64,000 nt of DNA from Candidatus Eiseniibacteriota bacterium (GTDB lineage Bacteria; Eisenbacteria; RBG-16-71-46), in NCBI GenBank assembly GCA_963725865.1, contig CAVSAC010000012.1, positions 1,280,001 through 1,344,000 of the forward strand. The letters run 5' to 3'. The notes below the pieces were generated by a model. That model worked only from the letters and a program-made list of their open reading frames with translations. It was not told where the DNA came from and did not search any database. Below, in pieces: positions 55,556-64,000 of this stretch; the first letter of the stretch is position 1; each line of letters starts with the position of its first letter. The position numbers were made by a program, and so were the translations under genes.

Positions 55556-58500
55556 TTACTGCCTGGGGACCGGTGGCGAACTGCCCTCGAGGACACGTGG
55601 CGAAGTCGACACGGGAACCGCGAAGGCGCGCGCGAGGTCGTTGAGCACATTGCCGTGCACGTCGGCCGGGCGCGTGAGGTAGACCACGAAGGACTTCACT
55701 CCGGCGACCGGTGCGTGCGAGTTGGCGTCCCAATCCCCCGCGGGCAACGGGATGACCTCGGCGTTCGTCACCGAGAACCGCGCCCCCGCGACGCCATCGT
55801 GCTCCGCCCATCCCGGGTCCGGGATCAGAGCGATCTCGGGATCGGTGCTGTTCCCCCGCGCGTCCAGCGGGCGCAGGAAGGCGCGAGTCTCCGCGCTCGG
55901 TGCCATCGCCAACGGGAAGTCGAACACCACCTGGAGGCCCCGTGGTGGAATCGTCGATGACGGCGCGGCGCTCTCCTGCCGGAGCGGCATCCCCACCTCG
56001 ATCCGCACCGGCGCCACCCAGATGGGATTCGTGATGCAGCGCTCGTCCACACTCGGATCGCGCGCGGTCGCGACGATTGCCGCGAGCCGGTCCATCGCCA
56101 TCGGCAGCGCGCGCTCGTCGGGCGTGGCCGCGGCGCCCGCGGCCACGTCGAACGTGTCGCGTCCCGCCCCGACCACCCGGTCGAACCGATAGCGCGTGAT
56201 GTCGCGCGCGCCCGGGGTCGCGGACTTCCTCCACTGACTGCGCATCCACACGCCGTCGCCCGGCAGCGGCACCAGCATGGTGCCTCCGCCATCGAACGTA
56301 CCGGAGCCGCCGATGCGTCCGTCGGCGTCCTCCCATCGACTCTCCGCGTCGTGCCAGCGTGCCACGCCCGCTCGCGGGGCGTGCCGGCCGTCTGCGTCGA
56401 GTGTGAACGTCGCGATGGGGCCGTCGGTGATCACGGTGTTGCCGTCGCGGAATGCGTCGAGCGCGACCCGTGCGCCGGGTGCGCGCTCGTGGACCAGCAC
56501 GTAGGTGCGCACGCGGCCATAGGCGTTGCTGGTGAGCATGCCCGAGTAGGGCAGCATGGTGGCCGTGACCTCATCGGTGTAGTTGAAGTCCCCGTGGGCA
56601 TCCGAGCCCGCGCTCAGATAGAGCTTGCGGATGAACGTCTCGCTCGGCGCTTCGCGGAACGCGAACCGGAGCCCGCGGCCGATCAGGGCGAACAGCGTGT
56701 CGAGCGACTGCGTCAGCTCACCGTCCCACGCCACCTTGGAGAAGCGCTGGGCCGCGGGCCCTCCCGCGAACGGGTTCATGGCGTCGAACGCGCGCGAGGC
56801 CGCCAGGCGTCCGCTGCCGCGCGCGACCTCGTCGGCCTTGATGTTCCAGACCTCCGAGCCCTTGAACAGGAACTCCGTGCCCGTGGAGTCGACCAGCGGG
56901 CCGTCGATCGAGTCGTACGGGGGCAGGCCGATGGCCTGCGCGTAATACTCGGGCGGCCACACGAAGCCATCGAGGTTCGGATGCGCCGAGTACAGGAAGC
57001 CCGCCTTTCCGGCCAACCGCACGCCGGCCAGCACGGCCTCGAGCGAGTTGGGGTTCTCCACTCGCGACGTCAGGAACAACCCACCGTGCCAGGGGCCCTC
57101 GAAGTGGCGCGTGCCGTACGCGAGCAGGTGGTGTCCGAGATTGGGCGCGAGCGAGCCGTCCTGGTTCGAGCCGCGTCGGAGGGTGATCTCCTCTCCAGCG
57201 AGCTGGCCCAGGTTCGCGCGATACCAGGCGGCCTCGGCCGCGTGGCCGTCCGCCACCGTCGCGGTCGGTCCCGCGCCGGGCCGGACCCCGGCATCGAAGG
57301 GACGGGAGGAATAGAAGACGTTGTGGTCGGTGACCACGACGTCGTCCCGGAAGGCGTCCCAGTTCCCGGCGGCGGGCTGGGTCTGCACCAGGCCCAGCGC
57401 GTAGCTGGCCTCGAGCAGCATCACGACGGGTCCGCCGTAGGCCTTGTGTGCGCCCTCGACGTCGAGCACGGCGGAGGTGGTCTGCTCGGCGATGGTATGG
57501 ACGTGCGTGTCGAGATAGCGGTCGGCCGGATCGAAGCTCGGGAACTGCGTGGGTTCGACCCGTACGCGCAAGACTCGGTGCGTGGTCAGGCGCTCGCGCC
57601 CGAAGACGCTCGGCCGTGACCACCCGACCTCGGCGAAGAGGTAGCGGACGCCGGGCGCGTCCCGCGCGCCGAGTGCGGCGAGCGGAATGCGCATGACGTA
57701 GTGCCAGAAGTCCTCCACGCGCTCGCCACGATCGAGCCCGGCACGCGACTCGCCCAGCGGGCCCACGATCGTGGTTCCGTTCAGCGTGTCCGGCCCGGCC
57801 ACCTGGTCCACGACCAGCGGTGCGCCCACCGGCCGTCCCTCGACGCACTCGAAGACGCGGATGCGCTCGACCTGGCGGCCGCCCCGGAACTGGGGGAAGA
57901 AGAACAGCACCGGCACGTAGTCGCGGACGGTCTTCCAGGGTGCGTCGATGATGACGTCGGTACCCGCGCGGTCCGCGTACTGCAGCGTTCCCACGGGCTC
58001 GGAGCGCGGGTCCACCCGTGATGCCAATGCCGATGCCGCGAACGGCGGGCTCCCGGCGGGAGCGCAGGAGCCGCCGCAACCGGGCGGGTCCCAGTCCGGG
58101 GTCCTCCTGAAGGGCCCGCGCCACCATCGCGGCGACTCGCGCGGCGGCGAGCGAACTCCCGCTGCGGACCACGGTCCCGCCACCCAGGCCACACGTGCGC
58201 GCGTCCGCTCCGGCCGCGACCATCGCCGCGCAGGGCCGGGCCGGATCCTCGGCCATCGCCACCGCGATGACCGTGGGGAGCGCCGCGGGATAGAGCATCC
58301 GCAGTGGCCCCTGCCCGCCCGCCGGTGCGATGACCGGGATGCCGCTCGCCTCCGCCAGCGCGACGGCGCGCGCGACAGCCGCGTCCGGCTCCATGAAGCC
58401 GGCACCGATGAGGATCACGTCGGCGTAGTGCGCGACCGCGAACTCGATCGCCCGGGCCAGCCGCGAGGCGGTCACCCGCCCGTGTTCGCCAGCGCCCGAC

Positions 58501-58811
58501 GGTTCCGCCACCTTGAGCGGCATGATCAGGCACGCGGGACCGTCGCCCGGAGCGGCTCCGCGCTCCGCGAGGATCCCCGCCATCCCGGTGCCGTGCCCCA
58601 GTCGGTCATCGGCGACCGAGTCGCCATCCACGAAGTCGTAGCCGGCGACGATCCGACCCGCGAGGTCGGGGTGACGGAAGTCCACGCCGCTGTCGATGAG
58701 GGCCACGAGCGGCTGGGCGCACGCGAGGTTTGCGGACAGGGCCCGGGCGAGCGCCAGCGACAGCAGCACCAGGGCCACGCCGGAGCGGTGGAGACTTCGC
58801 GGCCAGGACAT
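55556..58811 (-). CDS. secreted S8 subtilase domain followed by a large PHP-like metallohydrolase (probable fusion, frameshift about 58050-58080)
   Basis: S8 triad motifs LIDSGV, HGTGMAG and SGSSLAA in ORF 56718-58814; PHP motifs DTHVHT, TDHN, GEE, HLL, SAHP, EVWN and GSDAH in ORF 55556-58405. Confidence 0.7.
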
Positions 58812-58840
58812 CACGGGCTTCCTCCGCCGTGCGGGTGAGG

Positions 58841-61090
58841 TCAGCGACGCCAGAATCCGAGGCGCCGGTGATGGAACGTCTCGCCCAGGCTCAGGTAGTA
58901 GTTCGAGCGGCCGCCCTCCGCGCGGGCGTAGGCGGCCAGCACCGGACCGAGGAAGGTGCTGAGACCGACGAATACGCTGCCCGAGGCGATGCCATCCTCC
59001 GCGCGGATGTCGCTCCGCCTTTGGAACACGCCGCCATACTCCGCGGAGAATCCGCCGTACAGCGGCAGCAGTGCGATGTCGGTCAGCCGCCGGTAGACCA
59101 CCGCGCTCAGCAATCCAGCATGCGGACCGTTCAGCTCGTCGTTCTCGATCCCGGAGAGCCGGGTGAACCCCCCCAGCGAGAACAGGCTCTGAGTCGGAGC
59201 GTCGCCGTCCAGCGTCGAAGCGACCATGGCGCTGACGAACCCGGTGTGGCGTCCCCGGGTCAATGCGTACGTCGCTTCGGCGAGACCCTGCCGATACTCC
59301 GCGTCCGAGCCGAGGTCCCGCAATCCGGCGGTGAGGCGCGCCCGGAGGCTGCCCCCCGAGCGTGGAAAGTTGATGTCGTCCAGCCGGTCCACGAACAACT
59401 GGACGAACGCGTCCCCGGTCGCGAAGTCGCGGTCGGCGATGCCGGGGTCACCAACCTGGGTGGAGATGTCGCCGCCCTCCCGCACGACGCCCGCCCGCAG
59501 CTCTCCCCAGGTCCCCAGCTCGCGTCCACCGGACAACTCGATGCCGACGCGCCTCACCTCCAGCTCGGAGTCCTTGTGTCCCCGGGCGTCGAACACGTTC
59601 ACGGCCTGGTCGCCGGCGGTGGCCCGGACGTGCACGAACTTCTGGAGCGCGCGGTCGAGCGGTTGATGCCACTCGGTGAACACCCCGGGATCCCTGCCCA
59701 CCTGGAGGCCGGTGCGCCACTCCCCGTTCCGGCGATTGATCGCCGTGCGACTGTAGGCCACGGCGAGGTTGAAATCCGGGCCCTTGAAGTCCTCGAATGC
59801 GGCGATGCCGGCCTGCACGTAGTTGGGGCCCCAGGCGCGCTCGCGCGCGGTGACCGTGAGAATGTTGCGGTCCTGCTCGCGGGTGATGTCGTAGTAGACG
59901 GACTCGAACAGCTCGAGGCCGAAGATCTGGTCCAGCGCCGTCTCGAGCGCGTCGACGTCGAGCGGAGCGCCGGCCCGCGCGCCGAGCCGGGTCGCGATCA
60001 CGTCGTCGGCGATGCGCGAATGGTTGACGATCCGCACCTCGTCGATGAGCGTGGGATCCGCCGGGCGCGGGCGCGCGGAGCGATGCGCGTCGTAGGCCTC
60101 CGCCGACAGCGACAGGGGCTCGAGCTCGCCGAGGACGGCCTCCGCGGCGCGCGCGCCGATCGGCACCGCCTCGACCGCGCGGTCGAAGGACGCCGTCGTG
60201 ATCGAGCCGAGATCGGGACGGATGAAGATGTCGCGGTCGGTCAGCGTCGCGAGCTGCTTCACCTTGTTCTGTTCCGACAGCAGCGTGGTGAGTTGGCTCG
60301 TGATCTCCAGCACCGAGCCGAGTCGATCCCGCCCGGCGGGCGGGGTGCTGATGTCCACCGCGATGATCACGTCGGCGCCCATCCGGCGCACGACGTCGAT
60401 GGGCATGTTCTCGCTGATGCCCCCGTCCACGAGCAGGCGCCCATCGATCTCCCGTGGCGCGAAGACGGCGGGGATGGCCATGCTGGCGCGCATCGCCAGG
60501 GCGAGGTCGCCCCGCTCCAGCACGACCTCCTCCCCGGTCACGACGTCGGCCGCCACCGCTCGGTACGGGATGCTCAGGTCGTCGAAGTCGTGGACGGTCA
60601 CGACCGGCAACGTGTGCCGCTTGAGCAGCAGGTCGATGCGCTGGCCGTCGATGAGTCCGGGCGGGAAGAGCAGTGCGCGGCCACGGATCCCCGGCTTGTT
60701 CCGGACCAGGTAGAGGTCGTCGTCGCGCTTGCGGCGGAACGAGCGATCCTCGCGCGGGATCTTGTCGGCGAAGGCCTCCGCCCAGTCCACTTCGGCGATC
60801 ACGCGCTCGAGTTCCGACGCCGACATCCCCGAGGCATAGAGACCTCCGACGAGGGCGCCCATGCTGGTACCGGCGATGAAGTCGACCGGGACGCGCCGTT
60901 CCTCGAGGACCTTGAGCACCCCGATGTGCGCGGCGCCGCGCGCACCGCCGCCGCTGAGGGCGAGACCGATGCGCGGACGCTGCGCTGGGGTGGGCGACGC
61001 ATCATTCGCGGAGACGGGGCACCACGGCACGGCCACGAGGGCAGCGCAGAACAGCAGTGCCTCGAGCCGGTGCTTCCCACGAGTGGTCAC
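58841..61090 (-). CDS. patatin-like phospholipase + POTRA + beta-barrel (PlpD-like)
   Basis: Signal peptide; GGGARG, GTSMG and DGG motifs; barrel-like C-terminus (YYLSLG..F). Confidence 0.88.
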   Translation of the reverse strand: MTTRGKHRLEALLFCAALVAVPWCPVSANDASPTPAQRPRIGLALSGGGARGAAHIGVLKVLEERRVPVDFIAGTSMGALVGGLYASGMSASELERVIAEVDWAEAFADKIPREDRSFRRKRDDDLYLVRNKPGIRGRALLFPPGLIDGQRIDLLLKRHTLPVVTVHDFDDLSIPYRAVAADVVTGEEVVLERGDLALAMRASMAIPAVFAPREIDGRLLVDGGISENMPIDVVRRMGADVIIAVDISTPPAGRDRLGSVLEITSQLTTLLSEQNKVKQLATLTDRDIFIRPDLGSITTASFDRAVEAVPIGARAAEAVLGELEPLSLSAEAYDAHRSARPRPADPTLIDEVRIVNHSRIADDVIATRLGARAGAPLDVDALETALDQIFGLELFESVYYDITREQDRNILTVTARERAWGPNYVQAGIAAFEDFKGPDFNLAVAYSRTAINRRNGEWRTGLQVGRDPGVFTEWHQPLDRALQKFVHVRATAGDQAVNVFDARGHKDSELEVRRVGIELSGGRELGTWGELRAGVVREGGDISTQVGDPGIADRDFATGDAFVQLFVDRLDDINFPRSGGSLRARLTAGLRDLGSDAEYRQGLAEATYALTRGRHTGFVSAMVASTLDGDAPTQSLFSLGGFTRLSGIENDELNGPHAGLLSAVVYRRLTDIALLPLYGGFSAEYGGVFQRRSDIRAEDGIASGSVFVGLSTFLGPVLAAYARAEGGRSNYYLSLGETFHHRRLGFWRR

Positions 61091-61339
61091 GGCCTGACCA
61101 CCTTCCCTCGTGCAGCAGCGTCCAGGCTCGCCGGTCGGGGATCGCGACGCCGGAAGGGTCCAGGGGGAGGCCCGACGGCTCGACCGGGCGGCTGGTTCGC
61201 GAACTGATTCCCAAGGGGGGTGCAGCCAGACTAGCACCCGGGGATGGCGCGCTCCACGAGGAATCCGACCACGCTCGCGGTGAACGTGCGCGAAGCCTAC
61301 ACTGGACTCGTCGCGCGGACCCCCCGGGAAGGCACGACG

Positions 61340-61948
61340 ATGAGTCTCCGTTGGACGCGGTCGCTGGTCGCCTCGATCGTCCTCGCTGTGTGCGCTCCCT
61401 TCGGCGCGTCGGCCGCGGGCCCGGAAGCGGAGTCGACCGGGTACCGATTCCCCTCGGGCCGGGAGCAACTCAAGGATTGGGCCCTGAATGCCGCCGGTCC
61501 GACGGCGGTGGCCGGGAGCCTGGGGAGCGCCTCATGGGGGCAGTGGGTGATCGACGAGCCCCCGGAGTGGACCGACGACCGCAAGGGCTTCGCTCAGCGA
61601 TTCGGCGCCGCGTCGGCCACGACGGCCATCACCGAGACCTCGTTCTCACTGCTCTCCGCAGCGATGCGGCAGGACGCCCGCTATCACCGCAGCCCGCGCA
61701 CCGGCTTCTTCCCGCGGGTGGGCCACGCGCTCCGGATGACGTTCGTGGCACGCCGACCGGACGGGACCGCCGTGTTCTCGGTCGCCAAGACGGCGTCGCC
61801 CTTCGTCGGCCCGCTGGTGACCAGGACCACGATGTACCCGGACCGCTACACGATGGCAGACGGCGCGCTGAGTGGCGCGTATGCGGTGCTCATGAACGCG
61901 GGCTGGAATCTCGCACGGGAGTTCGTGCTCAAAGCGCCGGCATGGTAG
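61340..61948 (+). CDS. hypothetical exported/membrane protein
   Basis: Signal peptide; PPEW....GFAQRFG and RQDARY motifs. Confidence 0.65.
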   Translation: MSLRWTRSLVASIVLAVCAPFGASAAGPEAESTGYRFPSGREQLKDWALNAAGPTAVAGSLGSASWGQWVIDEPPEWTDDRKGFAQRFGAASATTAITETSFSLLSAAMRQDARYHRSPRTGFFPRVGHALRMTFVARRPDGTAVFSVAKTASPFVGPLVTRTTMYPDRYTMADGALSGAYAVLMNAGWNLAREFVLKAPAW

Positions 61949-61980
61949 GCGGCGCGGGTGGCACCAGTCCGACTCGCTCC

Positions 61981-64000
61981 TCACTTCAGCCCGAGCCGTA
62001 GCATCATCGAGTCGGCCTCGGCCCGGGCCTCGTCCTCGCGTGGTATGAGCTCCGATGCGCGTCTCAGCTCCTGGCGGGCGCGCACCATGTTCCCGCGTAG
62101 GGCCAGGTCCTTCGCGAGCTCCACTCGCAGCTCGCCCTCACCCACCGGGCTTTCGGCCAGCGCCGGATATCGCAGCGCCTGATCGATCACCGCGCGGATG
62201 CGCGTCTGGTCTCCCCGCGAGTGCAGGAATCGGACATAGGCGTACGCCACCTCGGGCTCCGCGCGACTGATCTCGAAACCCAACTCGAACGCCCGCTGGG
62301 CGGCGGTGGTATCGCCGAGCTGTGCCGCCGCGCGCGCCGTCAAGACGTACGTCCATCCCCAGGCGTAGCGCTGCTCCACCAGCGGCCGCAGCGTGTCGAT
62401 GCAGCGCTGGTACTGCTTCGAGTAGTAGTAGCCGCGCCCCAGCAGATAGGTGTAAAAGCGGTTCTCCGGGTACAGCTGCTTCAGCTCGGAGGCCGCGCGG
62501 ATGAGGCCGGGCGTGTCGCCGCCGACCACCGACTCCAGCAGGTCGATGCGCAACTGCCCGCGGTGATCGGCGCGGACCCGCAGCCTGCGCATCGCGGCGC
62601 GCGTCAGTTCGAGTTTCGCGTCGTCACCCAGGTTCCAATACGCGCCCGACAGGTCGCTGCGGGCCGCGATGAACGTGCTGTCGATCTCCAGGGCCTGCTC
62701 GTATGCGGCCGCGGCTTCCTTCCAGCGCGAAGCCAGGAGCGCCTCGTGACCTCGGAGGTAGAGCCGATAGGCGTCCACCGACGTCGTGGTGATCTCGCGC
62801 AGCCAGCCCTCGGCCTCGCGGTCGCCTGTGAGATTCACCTCGAGTGCCGCCTGAAGGTTGGCGACGAGCCGGCCGACGACGTGGAAGAGGCCGCTGTCCG
62901 CCGGGCTCTCGACCGCATACGAATGCACCGGGCGCCCGCCGTCGGTCATCACGATGCGTCCCTCGATCCGCAGATCCCCGCCCGAGCGCAGGATGTTCCC
63001 GGTGATCGCGCGCTGGATACCGTGCCGGGCGAGAAAGGCGTAGCTCGGGGCGGGTGGAGGCGATGCTAGGCGATCGGCCTCGGCCAGGTCGCCGAGTCGC
63101 TGGGCATCGAACACGTCGAGCGCCGGCGACTGGACCAGCGCCGCGCTCAGCAGCTCCGCGACACCACGCTTCATCCAGTCGAGTGACGGGTCGCCGGTGA
63201 CGTTCTCGAACTCGAGCACGGCGACTGATCGCCGATCGGCCGCGGCGCCGGCGGACTCCCGAGAGGCGGCGCCCCGCTGAAGGATGTACCACCCCGCGAG
63301 AGCCGCCAACGCCAGCGCGGCGATCGCGACCACGGCGGCACGGGCGCGCTTGGCGTTCGCGGGCGAATCGTGCCTGGCGCCGGGCGCGGGCGCGACGCCC
63401 TGATCGAGCCTGCGGCGCAGTGCGCGCAGGTCGTTCAGGACATCGAGCGCGCCCGCGTAACGCTCGCGCGGAGCCTTCTCGAGGCAGCGCATGACGATCC
63501 GCTCGAGCTCCCTGGGGACCTCGGTCCGGACGGTCGAGAGCGCCGGTGGCGTGTCGCGCAGGATCGCGGTGGTCAAGTCCGCGTACGTGCGGCCTGCGAA
63601 CGGGCGGCGTCCGCTCGCGAGCTCGTACAGCACGATGCCGAACGCGAAGAGATCGGTGCGCGCGTCCACCGCCTCGCCGCGAATCTGCTCCGGCGCCATG
63701 TACGCCGACGTCCCCAGCACCGACCCCACACTCGACAGCGGCGTGGCGGCGGTCTCGGCCTGCGTGGCGGCCAGCCGCTCGGTGGTATGCGTCTTCGAAT
63801 CCAGCGGACTGATCTTGGCGAGGCCGAAGTCGAGCACCTTCAGCCGGCCCTCGGGCGTCAGCATGATGTTGGCGGGCTTGAGGTCGCGGTGCACGACCCC
63901 TTTCATGTGGGCCGCCGACAGTGCGTCGGCCATCGCGATCGCCACATCGAGCACGCGCGTGATCGGCATTCCGCCCGGCGGCAGTTGCCGGTCGAGGCTC
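61981..64000 (-). CDS. membrane Ser/Thr kinase + TM + TolB-like + TPR (start lies outside the window)
   Basis: [11 protein letters not shown] and YMAPE; TM segment; SVAVLEFEN; TTSVDAY. Confidence 0.9.
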   Translation of the reverse strand, partial: SLDRQLPPGGMPITRVLDVAIAMADALSAAHMKGVVHRDLKPANIMLTPEGRLKVLDFGLAKISPLDSKTHTTERLAATQAETAATPLSSVGSVLGTSAYMAPEQIRGEAVDARTDLFAFGIVLYELASGRRPFAGRTYADLTTAILRDTPPALSTVRTEVPRELERIVMRCLEKAPRERYAGALDVLNDLRALRRRLDQGVAPAPGARHDSPANAKRARAAVVAIAALALAALAGWYILQRGAASRESAGAAADRRSVAVLEFENVTGDPSLDWMKRGVAELLSAALVQSPALDVFDAQRLGDLAEADRLASPPPAPSYAFLARHGIQRAITGNILRSGGDLRIEGRIVMTDGGRPVHSYAVESPADSGLFHVVGRLVANLQAALEVNLTGDREAEGWLREITTTSVDAYRLYLRGHEALLASRWKEAAAAYEQALEIDSTFIAARSDLSGAYWNLGDDAKLELTRAAMRRLRVRADHRGQLRIDLLESVVGGDTPGLIRAASELKQLYPENRFYTYLLGRGYYYSKQYQRCIDTLRPLVEQRYAWGWTYVLTARAAAQLGDTTAAQRAFELGFEISRAEPEVAYAYVRFLHSRGDQTRIRAVIDQALRYPALAESPVGEGELRVELAKDLALRGNMVRARQELRRASELIPREDEARAEADSMMLRLGLK

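Overview
High-GC bacterial window. Several FlgD-Ig/T9SS-like C-terminal domains and Ser/Thr kinase-TPR paralogs suggest an FCB-related lineage such as Ca. Eisenbacteria (inference only). The left end holds AmpG-type MFS, a degenerate GAF-GGDEF protein, a CPBP protease, chrA, a fluoride-riboswitch-controlled fluC-DUF190-DUF190 operon and a DEAD-box helicase. An intact tRNA-Arg(CCT) at 8182-8258 (-) anchors a tandem array of islands delimited by copies of the tRNA 5' half (20970-21009, 29587-29625, and possibly a decayed copy near 38262-38295). Island 1 carries a truncated tyrosine integrase, gene debris and an 11-gene arsenic/metal operon that includes an ArsD-CMD fusion. Island 2 carries TetR, ClC and a LolA-like/ABC/beta-barrel module. 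The next segment carries a signal-peptide-bearing TPR-CHAT protease, an ECF sigma, a zinc anti-sigma and a large FG-GAP surface protein. The right half has three kinase-TPR paralogs, MDR oxidoreductases, MOSC, an ABC-2 pair, DinB, TetR, GNAT, and a patatin (PlpD-like) / S8-PHP / beta-barrel cluster. Many single-base frameshifts between about 31 and 58 kb look like assembly indels. All product calls come from motif recognition; no database searches were run.
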